Shown here piece after piece: positions 13,965 through 25,818 of a stretch of 64,000 nt of DNA. The notes below the pieces were generated by a model. That model saw only the letters and a list, made by a program, of their open reading frames with translations. It was not told the origin of the DNA and searched no databases. The stretch is from Camelus ferus (Eukaryota), in NCBI RefSeq assembly GCF_009834535.1, contig NC_045705.1, forward strand, positions 55,428,001-55,492,000. Reading direction: 5' to 3'. Both the position numbers and the translations under genes were made by a program. The number at the start of each line of letters is the position of its first letter. Positions within the stretch are counted from its first letter, which is position 1.

Positions 13965-14550
13965 TTAAAACAAGAAAGAAATCCTGTCATATGTCACAAC
14001 GTGGATGAACCTTGAGGAAATTATGCTGTGTGAAATAAACCAGTAACAAAAAGACACATTGCATAATTCCATTTATATGAGAAATCTAAAATAGTCAAAC
14101 TCATAGAAACAAAAAGTAGAATTCTAGTTTGGTAATGAGAGGAGGGGGGAATAGAGAATTTTTGTTCACTGGGTATAGTTCCATCTTTTTAAGATGAATG
14201 AGTTCTAGATTTTTGTTGTACAACAATGTAAATACATTCAACTGTACTGAAATGTACTCTTAAAATGGTTAATATGATAAATTTTATGTTGTGTGTATTT
14301 ACCACACTTAAAAATTTTTAAGTAGTCAAACTCTTAGAAACAGAAAGTAGAATGGTGGTTGCTAGGGATGGGAAGGAAGAAGAAAGAGGGAGCGGTTCAA
14401 TGGACATATAGTGTTGGTGTTGCAAGATAAAAGTTATAGGGATCTGCTAGGCATCAATGTACATATAGTTAATACTACTGTCCTGTAAATTTAAAAATTA
14501 TTTAAATGATAATTTTTTGTTGCCTTTTTCACCACAGTAATAAAAAAGAA
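13965..14550 (+). mobile_element. Two tandem L1MA/MB 3'-end fragments, sense
   Basis: gaaatcctgtcatatgtcacaacgtggatgaaccttgagg...tagtcaaactcatagaaac...atggttaatatgataaattttatgttg (13965-14310), then a second aagtagtcaaactcttagaaacagaaagtagaatggtggttgctaggg...caccacag (14320-14550). Confidence 0.8.
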
Positions 14551-15930
14551 TAGTTTGAATTTTGTCAAATCCTTTTTCCTTATCAATTGATATAATAGCC
14601 TGGTGATTATTATTTAGCCTGTTAATATAGTTGATTACTGAATACTGAAGCAGCCTTGTACCCTGAGAATAAAACCCACTTGACTAATGATTTAATAATG
14701 GTATGTAATTTTTATATATTTTTGAATTTTGTTATATTTTTATAGGAATTTTTGAATCTATATTCAGAGAAATGTTGTTTTGTAGATTTTTGTTGTTGCT
14801 GTTGTTCTGTCTTTATCTAGTTTTGGTATCAGAATAGCACTAATTTTATAAAAAGAATTGTGAAGTGTTCCATTCTGTCCTATTTTTCTTGCAGACATTG
14901 CATAGGATTGGTGTTAATTCTTCTTTAAATGTTTGGTAGAATTCTCCAATGAAAATATCAGGCTATGGAGAATACTTTTTAAAAGTAAAAATTCAATTTC
15001 CTTACTAGTAACAGGGCTTTTCAAATTACATCTTTCATATTGAGTAACCAGTGGTATTTTGTTTTTGGAGGAATTGGTTCATTTCATCTAAGTTGCCAAA
15101 TTTATTTGTTTAAGGTTGTTTGTAGTATTCCTTTATTACCCTTTTATGTTTTCAGAGTCCAATATGATACCCTTTTCATTATTGGCATTGCCAATGTGTT
15201 TCTTCTCTTTTTTTCCTTGTCAATATTTCTATATGTTTGCCAATTTTAATGCTCTTTTCAAATAACAAGATCTATGCTTAATTGATTTCCTCTTCATTTT
15301 TCTGTTTTCAGTGTCATTGATTATACTCTAATTTTTATCATTTTCTTTCTTCCCCTTGCCTTGGAGTCATAGTGTCTTTCTTTTTCTAGATTCTTCAGTT
15401 AGGAGGTTAGGTTATTGCTTGGAGATTTTTCCTCTTTTGTCATGTATGTATTGAGGGCTTTAAATTATTCTTTCAACGATGCTTTAATGTGCTCCCAGAA
15501 ATTTTGATACATTGAATTTTATTTTTACTTAGTCAGTGTATTTTTTAATTTCCCTTAAGACTTTTTCTTTGACTAATGGATTATTTAGAAGTGTCTTGCT
15601 GAGTTTCCAAGTGTTTGTAAATTTTCCTTTTTAAAAAAATTATTTTTGATTTTTTGTCTGATTCTGTTGTAGTTGGAAAATACACAGTATATGCTTTAAA
15701 TTCTTTTGAAATGTTTAGGTTTCTTTTATGGCTCAGGATAGGTCTTGTTACAGGTGTATGTTCCATGTACACTTGAAAAAGAATGTATGTCCTGGTATTG
15801 TGAAAATTGTTTTATAAATGGGGATTAGATTCTGTCTATTGAAGTGTCATTGGGTTTATCTATATTCTTGCAGGTTTTCTGTATAGTGGGCTATCAATGT
15901 TGAGAGAGTTATGTTGACGTTTTCAACTGA
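14550..15930 (-). mobile_element. L1 ORF2 fragment, antisense
   Basis: ttgtcaaatcctttttcc...gcagccttgtaccctgagaataaaacccacttga...gaagtgtcttgctgagtttccaagtgtttg is antisense ORF2 from RT towards EN. Confidence 0.85.
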
Positions 15931-16309
15931 AAATCTCAAATACTATTTGAAAACAAGACAAGCTGGTATCTGGCAGCAGATATCTCTTTCTTAATTATTC
16001 ATTTCTCTTGATAATTACGCAGCTTTCCATTATGTTTTGTTCACAGGAAATTGGGTTAATGATGAGATGAGTCCTCCACAGAGGTGAGGAGGTGGACAAT
16101 TCATAGTGCATGTCTGTGACAAGTGGAGGATGGCATGTCAGTGATCTGGGCATTCTGAAGACATTTAATGACCCACTCAGCACTTTCCCTTGTCATGACC
16201 AAACTGGTACTCTTAAAAAGACACCTTTAGACTCTGACCAAAGAGCCAATAGAAATATCACTTTATTTTTTTCCCCTTCTGTTTCATTACTTCCCTGAAA
16301 ATATCACTT

Positions 16310-17276
16310 TCAAGTGCTGTGGAATTTTGTATCCTTAGAACCTGAAAGGATCCTTATGACACAATCTCGTATCTGCTTGGTTTTCACCCCATAGACAATG
16401 GGGTTCATAGTGGGAGGCAGGAGCAGGTAAATATTGGCCACAATGATTGTGGCAAGAGGGAGGGATTGTGTGGCTCCCAAAGCGATTAAAAAAGAAACAG
16501 AAGAAGGCTGGGCTGTAGGAGAAAACTATGGCACAAATGTGGGCAGTGCAGGTGCTGAAGGCCTTCTGCCGAGCCTCTGCTGAAGAGAGGCTGACCACTG
16601 CCCGGAGGATCATGGTGTAGGAGATCGTGATGCACAGGATGTCAAAGCCCCCAATCAAAAAGGCAGCCATCAGACCATAGATAACATTGAGCTTGATATT
16701 TCCACAGGATAACTTGGCTACAGATAGCTGGTCACAGTAGGTATGATGTATTATATTGCCTCTGCAGTAGGGTAGACGCTTGGTGAAGAAAATCAAGGGA
16801 ATGATTAGCAATACTGCTCTCAGGAAAGTGGCAAGCCCAATCTTTCCAATGACAGGATTGGTGAGGATAGTTGAGTAGCGCAGAGGGTAGCAGATGGCCA
16901 CATAGCGGTCCAGGGCCATCAGCATGAGCACCCCAGACTCCATCCCTGTGAAGGTGTGAATGAAGAACATCTGAACCAGGCATTCTACAAAGCTGATTTC
17001 CTTGAGGTGAAACCAGAAGATGCAGAGAGCTTTAGGGATTGTACTAGAGCACATGACAAGGTCAGTGAGAGAAAGCATGGCCAAGAAGTAGTACCTGGAC
17101 CTGTGCAAGGAATCCTCATAGCGAATGAGGTAGAGGAGTCCACAGTTCCCTACCACAGCCACAGCATACATGGAGCAGAATGGGAGGGACATCCACATGT
17201 GCATGTCCTCCAGCCCTGGGATACCATTAAGAATGAATGAAGCTGGTGTCAGGTCTGTTTCATTCAGCATTATCAT
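16310..17276 (-). pseudogene. OR52N4: OR52N4-like receptor (copy 2) with one frameshift before TM7
   Basis: ORF 16335-17276 is OR52N4-like to ...PPSCH and then goes out of frame. A 1-bp insertion lies at 16447/16448 (ccacaatgattgtgg vs ccacaatgatgtgg in copy 1). The shifted frame restores IIVANIYLLLPPTMNPIVYGVKTKQIRDCVIRILSGSKDTKFHST* with a stop at 16310-16312. Confidence 0.88.
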
Positions 17277-17352
17277 GATCAGGCTGGTATAATCATTGAG
17301 AGGATAGCAGAGTTTTAGTTTTATTTTTGTTTTGCTTTGTTTTATGACCTTC

Positions 17353-17380
17353 CTAGATTTGAAAAAATAGAAAAAAAAAA
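17353..17380 (-). promoter_or_regulatory. Splice acceptor of the coding exon, copy 2
   Basis: Minus strand ttttttttttctattttttcaaatctag|gaaggt. Confidence 0.6.
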
Positions 17381-20361
17381 TCTCAGTTGTGGTTCCCCTC
17401 TCTTTCTCTTTCTCTTCTCTCTGTGAAATATTGCATTTTAAATCAAAGAACTAAAATTTTAATGCCAGGAAATACTTATTTTAACATAGTTTAAACCAAG
17501 TATGTATTCTTTGTTAATTCATTGATTTATCAACTCATTCAACAAATATATAAATTTATCATCTACTACATGCCAAGCACTATCACAGACATTGTGTCTA
17601 CATTATTTTAAGCAAAAGGAAAAAATCCTTATAAAATATAAATAAAAATCTCAAAATAGATAAATCTCATAAATTTTAATCAAGTGTGACTATGTTATGA
17701 TCTTTCTGATTAACTTTTTTATAATATCTTATTTAAATGTCAATTACTATACATATCTCCCTTTGGGAGTTATCTTAAGGAAAAGCTCATTGATTGCCTC
17801 ACCAAAGACACAACAGGTATGGTTAGGATGTAGTTAATACTGCTCTTATTCTTAATTAAGTGTTCTTACTCATGTTTACTATATACCAGACACAGTTCTA
17901 GAATTTTATATCTTTTCTTCTTGTTTAAAAATTTTCTTATGTTGTATCAATTTATTTTTGGAGTCCATTTTCTAGAAAGTTCCTCAACTGTATCTTCCAA
18001 ATATCTTGGCATTTTGTTGTTGTTGTCTAACATTACAAATGTACAAGATCTTATTTTCTCTGAATTTTGTGAACCGGCAACACTTATATTCATGCATAAT
18101 ATACATTTATGTTATACATGAGTATATATACATATATGTGCTTCATATTAATTATTTCCATATTGTCTAAGTCTCAATTTTTATTTTTATAATTTTTTGT
18201 TGTCTTTTACTTTGGAGGTGTCCCTCAAATGTATGGTAATCCTGACTATTAATTTACACTTAAGAAAGAGGCTATAGAAAGTTTCTGATTCTAAACTCCA
18301 GTGATGAGTGAGTCTGATCAATTGATAGCATTTACTTTGAGTGCTCAAGTAGGAACCTCTGTTTCATTGAAAACATTCTTAGTCATCAGGTTCATAGTTT
18401 TTTTTTTTGTTTTTCCTCAGGGATTTTCAATTTTTCCAGGAAAAAAAAATCCATTAATCTACATCCTGGCGGCTTATGTGACAGGCTGCCAGTGATCTTG
18501 GAGTTAAGTAGCAGAAGGATATTGAGGATCTCACACTTAAATATGAATATTGGACTCAACTTTCACATATTTAATGATGTTTCATCTTTGGCCTTTGTCA
18601 CACCTGATATATGTGCATTCATAGGACTCGTTAAAGTATCTTCCCAGAATAAACTTCCAGTCACCATAAAAGGGAAGTAATATTGTTAAAAATGGAAGAT
18701 ATATCAGAGATACCAAATTGTTCCCTAGTTTTTTTAACTCCAGAAGATAGAAATGACAACTAACTAAATTTTGAGGAAAAGTTTCTAAGAGAAATGAACA
18801 ATTGCTCTTAGATCTGAGGCATACTTAAATTTCCAGCAAACCAAAATAGGCAGAGTTCTCTCTTGTTGCCGTTGCTTTTTCTACTCAAATCATACAGCTA
18901 TTTTTAGCTTTGTGAATTTGCAATCTTCTCTCCTTTTTTGAACTCCCCCTCCCTCAACCAGAATAGCCTCTGGCACAATATTTTTCAGGAAGATTCAACT
19001 CTCTTGGACAGTTTAGAGTGCCAGCCTCTAAAAAGACTCAGTATAATATAATCAGCAAAATATCAAGCTTATAGTCAGGAAAGAATTTATTGATGAAATT
19101 ATTTTTTCCACTAGTTTAACATTATGATATTATGAAAATTTAATTAAATTCTCAAATCATCCACAATTTAATAAAACCCTTAATATTAAGACAGGTTTTA
19201 TTTTATACCTGCTGTGTATAGAAATCAGTATATATTAGATGTCAATAAATATTTTTAAGTGAGTGAACAAATGAATGAATTACACTTTTTATACTTGACT
19301 TTAAGCATTATTAAACTAAACACTATAGTCTGAACATTATTACTTGGAAAACATAAAAGAGTCACCAGAAGGAACTAAATCATAATGTCTATCTCATGAA
19401 ACGCCAGAAATTATACCTGGCAAAAAAAAAAAAAAAAAAAGCCCACTATAAAATAGAGAAAACAAAATAAACCTCAAGAAAGCAGAAAAATAGTGTGGTA
19501 GGCAAAATAAATATATTGGTTTGGAAAAAGATCAATTATGTAATCTATAGAACAAATTGATCTTAAAGTGATTTTTAAAAAAATACGTATATTTTATCAG
19601 AAAGAAGATAATACTCAAAGTAGGCACAAAGGTTTTTATGGTAAACAAAAACCACCAAAATAACAGAAACACATCCAAAAAATTGAGAGGAAATACTAAT
19701 TTCAGACAATGCAGAAATAAAAGCAAGAAAACACTGGATCAAGATCACTTTTGATAAACAAAAGAAGGCTTGCTGGCTCTACCAAACTACTCCATTTTAA
19801 CAGTTTGGCAAAGATTCTCCACAACCAAAACATTAGGAAATACTGAAATAAATTCTCTTGCTTACTTTGTTCACATTTGCAGTTTTAAAAATTTGGCAAT
19901 TTCTTAAATCATATCGCAGCTTATTAGCTGATCTTCAAATTCTCATTTTAGTGTCATTGGTGTTGCTTTAAACTATTCATCACAAGGCTAACAAAAGCCT
20001 TAACAATTTTTACTTTGGAAATAAAGAATACTATAGATTTATAATATGATTTGTGTTTCCACAAGTACCAAAATTACCATCAACTTTTTTTCTGTCAGGC
20101 TTGTAAAAGTATACTATCTTTGAATACAAGATTACATTTTCAGATTACTTTCACAGATGTTATTAAAAGCAATAAAAATGCTATAAAATCAGATATGTAT
20201 ATATGTGTGTATATTTATGCATATATATAAAATTACCATTGAAATAAAATAGACCTTGAAATTGGCTTTTGATAAATATTTGTCTAGTGTATACTAAATT
20301 GTCATAAATTGTTGAAGAAAATGGTAACACTACTCATTTCTCTTTCTTAATACATTTGAAC

Positions 20362-20428
20362 AATAGAGAAATCAGGAAAAGTATTAGGTGTCCATAATAG
20401 AGAAATCAGGAAAAGTATTAGGTGTCCA
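20362..20428. repeat. Perfect tandem duplication, 34-bp period
   Basis: aatagagaaatcaggaaaagtattaggtgtcca at 20362-20394 and 20396-20428. Confidence 0.95.
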
Positions 20429-21294
20429 CAATATATTACTGATTTACCTTTGCTGTATTCTGAAGAATATCTTTCCTAAATATCAGAAAGATACGCTGTT
20501 TATATCTCTTCTGTTTTCTTTTTATAGATATATTTTTTAATAACCAAAACTTTCTTGTTACATAATAATTAAATACCATTGTCAACACAGTTGCAACACT
20601 GTCAGAGAGCCATGTGTATGCCAAGGTAATATAGTATTAACCACAAAATAAATAAGACATTTTCCAAAGCAAATTTAAAATGATTTCAATACATCATAAT
20701 TTATTTTCTTGCAAGGAAAATTAACTAACATTATGCCATGAATGTGGATAGATATAATGGAATAGTAACGTTAGCACATGAGTATCTGTTTCCCAAATCC
20801 TGTAGACAGTAAGTGTGTTTTTTCACTAGTATTTCTCAATCTTTAAAACCCACGTTTTTCTCTCCTTATGACAGTGGGCTCCTCCAGGCAAGTGTTGCTA
20901 TCTAAAATGGATGAAATACAGTCAAAACTAAGTCTCTCTAGAAATGAACTAAGAAAAATTGGACTCTCCTTTGAGAACAAGGGGACGGCAGGTAAAAAGG
21001 AAGAGTGTTCTGACCAAGGTTGAGGAGTATTACCTACCTATTGCCCTGTTTCTTCTTATCACAAGGATGACTCATACCTGACTTATACAAATGCTAAACT
21101 AAAGATTACTTTTGTTAGGGAAATAATGTAGATATTCATAATCATGATGGGAATCTGAGAATTGGAGAAACTTCCTAATTTTCCATTTTACAGCCTCCCA
21201 CAACATTTCTGCCTTCAAGCATGGTTAAAGGACTCAAGTCTGTATTTCTGAAAATACCATAAACAATTCATATGCATTCAGAATCTCTATCTGC

Positions 21295-21600
21295 TATATC
21301 TTACTGCATAAAAAAAAATCTGTCACTAATTCCACCTTTTACTTCCTTTAATACCTTAGGCCTGGATAGCAGAGCAATGAGCTGAATGTGATCTGGTCCA
21401 GGTGTTCAAGATCTTGCTCCAAAAATGTCTCGGTTCTACAATATTTGTACATGCATAGTCCTCAACTTCTAAATCCCTTGATATCTGTAATACTGAACTG
21501 GTATTTAAGAAAAATGTGCGCTGTATGTCTCAAGGGGAATATTTCAGAACATTAGTGACACAGGTGCTTGTGTAGCAAGCAAGTTAACCACGATGGGAGG
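21295..21600 (-). promoter_or_regulatory. Putative promoter/first non-coding exon of OR52N4 copy 2
   Basis: TCTCAAGGGGA at 21528-21538; minus-strand donor gca|gtaaga (plus cttac 21300-21304); homologous to 12255-12560 and 31220-31560. Confidence 0.5.
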
Positions 21601-22499
21601 AGGGCGAAGAGGAGACGCCTTCCACTCTTCCTGCTGTGTGGTGATACTTAAATAAGGGAACGATTCCATGTATTTGTATCTATGTGTGTGCTTGTGGGAG
21701 TGTGTATTCAACGGAGAGGAATTAAAATGAACACAAATGAATTTTAATAAAAGTGAATGATTTTAGTATTTGTTGCAAAGTATTGTTTCTTTCTAAGGAA
21801 GGCCTTGTGGGACACATGTTGAAAGCACTTAAGTAGTGCATGTTTCAATGATTCACACATCCATCTAGTTTTTCATTTGTTTATTTTTTTAAATCTCTCT
21901 AAATAACATCATTGAGGACTTAGTACTTCTCAAATCATGCTGGGAATTGTGCAAAATCAGATAACATATGCCTTGGGTTTCAAGAAGTTTACTTTTAACT
22001 GAAGTTGATGGTGAGTATTATGGCATTTTAAAACTTCATCAAAGGCTCAGACTTGTCATGCGTACTGATTAACTGAGGAATAATCAGATGCCTAAACATT
22101 ACGATAGTAATAATGATGATTACAATAGTAGCAATAATGAAACACAGCGAATGGTTCTAAGTTTATATTCCTTCAATTAAATAATAAAAATAATGTCCTA
22201 TATTTTGATGAATTTGTAAAAGTAAAAATGACTTTGGGAAGAGATAAAAAGCACCATTAGATTCTGTAATATGGAGATAACGTGATATAGTTCTTTTCTG
22301 TTAAATATCTCTCTACCAGTCTATCACATTCCTTAATGTACATCAGCCATATATGTTTTTGACAAAAAGCTTGGACGACATTAAAATATAAAGACTGATA
22401 TTTTCTTGGACATCCAAGGGGTTTTTTAAATTATTATACATGAAATGGTACATTAAATATACATACGTAGAACATTTTTAGCTCAATTTTTTCCACCTT

Positions 22500-22880
22500 T
22501 TATTTTTTTAAGATGAGACTCACACAGCATTATTTTTTATGTTTTAACAATTTTAAAGTGTGTGATTCAGTGCTTTTTAGTACATTCACAATACTGTGTA
22601 ATCATTGCTTCTGCCTAATTCCGGAACATCCCCATTACATAAAAGGGAAGGCCTGTACTCATTAAGCATCGCTTTCTGTTGTCTCTTCCTCTCAGCCCAT
22701 GACAAACACTAATTTGTATTCTGTTCTATGAATTTACCTATTCTAGACATTTCATATAAATGGAAGCACAAAATATGTACCATTTTTTCACATAGGATGT
22801 TTCAAAGTTCCTCAATGTTGTTGCATGTATAGATCCTTTATTTCTTTGTGTTAGTAAATAACTATCCATTTTATGGATAT
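22500..22880 (-). mobile_element. L1MB-type 3' end, antisense
   Basis: tttagtacattcacaatactgtgtaatc...ttctagacatttcatataaatggaagcac. Confidence 0.8.
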
Positions 22881-22886
22881 AAATCA

Positions 22887-22970
22887 TTGTGGTATTTGTG
22901 TGTCAAGTTGACTGCTACAGGATTCCTAGATTAAACATTATTTTTGGGTGTGTCTGGGTGTGTGTTGGAG
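22887..22970 (+). mobile_element. MLT2 (ERVL) LTR 5' fragment
   Basis: tgtggtatttgtgtgtcaagttgactgctacagggattcctagattaaacattatttttgggtgtgtctg resembles the start of the MLT2 consensus. Confidence 0.65.
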
Positions 22971-23244
22971 TTTATCTAAGCTACCTCATGGTATTGCTGC
23001 CTCTGCATCCACTGGTTTGACCCATGGGGGCCTCACTGACACTTAGCACTCCCTTACAATCACATGCCTGCAGATAACAGCCCGCAGAGTCACGAGTAGC
23101 TGTAAGTTCCTGATGTGACTCCTTCAACAGCCCTTGTGATCAACAGTCTCTCCCACCTCCCACAGGGCCTTCCCCTTGTGCACCCTTTAGATAAAATGCT
23201 GTAGAGTTTACCAAAAAGTTCAAACTGATCGATCTGGCATTAGA

Positions 23245-23328
23245 CCCCCAAAGTCGTGTGATTCGCTTTATTACCATATTTGATCTGAAACCAAATCTGC
23301 AATATCTCCAACATACATATGCTTGTAT
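23245..23328 (+). mobile_element. Tigger1 DNA transposon 3' terminus
   Basis: gtgtgattcgctttattaccatatttgatctgaaaccaaatctgcaatatctcc...tgcttgta resembles the Tigger1 end (gtgtgactcgctttattgcg...ggaaccaaacccgcaatatctccgaggtatgcctgta). Confidence 0.7.
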
Positions 23329-23339
23329 TATTTGGTGAT

Positions 23340-23690
23340 AAAGAGAAATGAAATACTGATACACACTACAACATAAATGAAACTTGAAAACTTTGTGTAA
23401 GGTCAGAGAAGCCAGAGACAAACAGTACAATCTGTAGTATTTCATACGTATAAAAAATTAAGAGACAAATCCATAGAACAAAAGAAAATTTTTGATTGCA
23501 AGAGGCTAGAGAAAAATGGTGACTGCTTAAAATGTATGAGCTTTTTTTGAAGGGTAGTAATGATTAAAATGTTCTGAAGTTAGATAGTGGTGATGGTTGC
23601 ACAGCTTTGTGAACCTACTGAATTATACATTAAAAATGATCAAAAGGGTAAATTCTGTTATGTGACTTTTACCACAATTTTAAAATAATG
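23340..23690 (+). mobile_element. L1MB/MC 3' end, sense
   Basis: aaatgaaatactgatacacactacaacataaatgaaacttgaaaac...tagatagtggtgatggttgcacagctttgtgaacc. Confidence 0.8.
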
Positions 23691-23759
23691 CCAGTTATCT
23701 CTTACTGAAATTTAGCTATTTTTTCTTGATTAAGCATTCCCCTAATTTGTGCAAGCTTT

Positions 23760-24420
23760 CAGTTAAAATTAAGAATTATGAGAAAGCTGATTCTAACAAG
23801 ACATTTTCCAGTTTCTCCATTCCTTTTATTAGGGACAAACTTTTTAATATTCCTACTTTGCAATTTTTTTGATGTCATTCACTGTTCTATGATTTTTGTG
23901 TAAATATAAGTATTCATTGTTCTGGGATAAATATCCAGGATTGTAACTGCTAAGTTGTAATAGTTCCAGATTTGTGATTTTAAGAAAATTTTCAAAATAT
24001 TTTCCAGAGTGGCTGAACCATTTTACATTCCCACCACTAATGTATTATTGATTCAGTTTCTACATACCCTTGCCAGAATTTCATGTTGTTATTATATTTC
24101 ATTTTATCCATTCTCATGGTTGTGTAGTGAAATTCTATTTTTATTTTCATTTGTATTTGTGTATAGATAATGATGTTGAACGTATTTTATGTGCATATTT
24201 GCCATTTATATGTTCTTACCATGAAATGTTCATTTTTTGTCCATTTTCTAACAATGCACAAGAGTAGCAATTTCTCCATATCCTCAGCAGCAAAAGTTTG
24301 TTTGCTTTTATCATTGCTATCCTAACAGGATGTGAGATGATATCTCATTGTAGTGTTTGTGTTTTTATGATGATTCATGATTTTGAGCATCTTCTTATAT
24401 ATCTGGTAGCCATTTGTATG
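23760..24420 (-). mobile_element. L1 3' ORF2/UTR fragments, antisense
   Basis: ttttccagagtggctgaaccattttacattcccaccactaatg...gagcatcttcttatatatctggtagccatttgtatg. Confidence 0.8.
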
Positions 24421-25818
24421 CCTTTCTGCTAAACAAGAGTGAAGAAAATCATTAAATAAATAGATTAATCTGAAGTGAAAAAAAAAACTGGCACTATTTC
24501 AAGATATTGGGATTGCAAAATTGCATTTCTTCTTCTTTTTTTTTTTTTTTTTTTTCAGAATTGCATCCCTTATTCCTGAGGTAGTGTTAGATGAAGCTAG
24601 AAAGAAGCCTACTTAATTTGCTGCAATGGGAGTTATTACTGAAACTGACAAAAGCAATTTCGGGTAATGAATGGGATGACAGAAAGACAAACTAGGGCAA
24701 GAGTGATTTCAAGTTGAGAAAGTAAAGGGAGAGAAGGTAGACAACTTGTTCTAGAAATTTTGAGGTAAGCAGAGAGAAAGGGACAGCACATGGAGGGTAA
24801 ATTACAGTTTAAGGGGTGGGATTGTTTTGTAGGACTTTACAAGATAGTAAAGAGGAAGTAATTAAATAATTAAATGCAATTTGATGGGTATAATTAACTA
24901 AACTTGGGAGAAACAATGTGTATTTTTTTCAGTTGGACCAAGAGATGAGTAAAAATTCAATTTACTCTAAATTCCTTACATATAATTGGCTTAGTTCAGG
25001 AGACACTAGTGAAAAATACCATTTCCTTCATTCTTTCATGGGTTTATTAATTTAAAATAATCTTAACTATCAGAAAGAGAGATTTAATTTTATTAGATTC
25101 CCAATTGGAGATAGGTTGAAACAAGCTGATTTTGATTCCCTCTCAGGTTGTTGTAATAAAAGTCATAGTGTTTTTTACTTTTAGTTAAGAGACTTATGTG
25201 TCTCACCCTCCAGATTGTGTGCTTTCAAATGCTCCTTTAAAGGAAACTGGATATCAAATTAGTCAGTAGTGAAGTAGTGCGTGTGGCCTAGTTAGGAGAG
25301 ACATATTCAGACAAATAATAACATTATCATAAAGTGCCCAGAAACTTAAAATTCATCATATTAATGACTTCATAGGATACTTTCTAGCTTTTCCTTTAGG
25401 AAGAAGTCATTGGGAATAAAAAGAGGTATTTGGTAGTGATTAAAAATATAGATCACATGTTTTCCAGGGAAAAGTCACAACTGGCTCTCTATCTGGAGAT
25501 TAAAATCAATATTTAGAATCATCTGCTTTCACTTTATTCACCTTTTTTATGAAAAAGAATCTGATTTGTTCAAGTAAACTTGGGTTAATTAGTAGACTAA
25601 TCCTTCACAGCAATGAGAAGAAGAGAAATTCATAGAAAGGTTGATGGACGTGCAGGTGACACTGAGGTTCTCATGACGGGGCATGCATTTGGAAATGCAC
25701 TGCTAGAAACAAACTCCATTTTAGTGACCAGAACAGCAGTTGCAGGAAGACGTTATCAGCTCCTGCCTAAATAGCAACTGAAAGTAATCTTTATCTTCTC
25801 TCTCTTGGGAATGTCCAC

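Noticed and set aside
13480-14310. Antisense plus sense L1 3' ends as a twin-priming inversion or functional hairpin
   Set aside because: Both pieces include the same terminal region and are diverged, which fits independent insertions better than twin priming.
19421-19440. A20 run as a retroposon tail
   Set aside because: No TSD or upstream element, and it aligns with an A-rich stretch in unit 3 (~30110-30130); simple homopolymer expansion.
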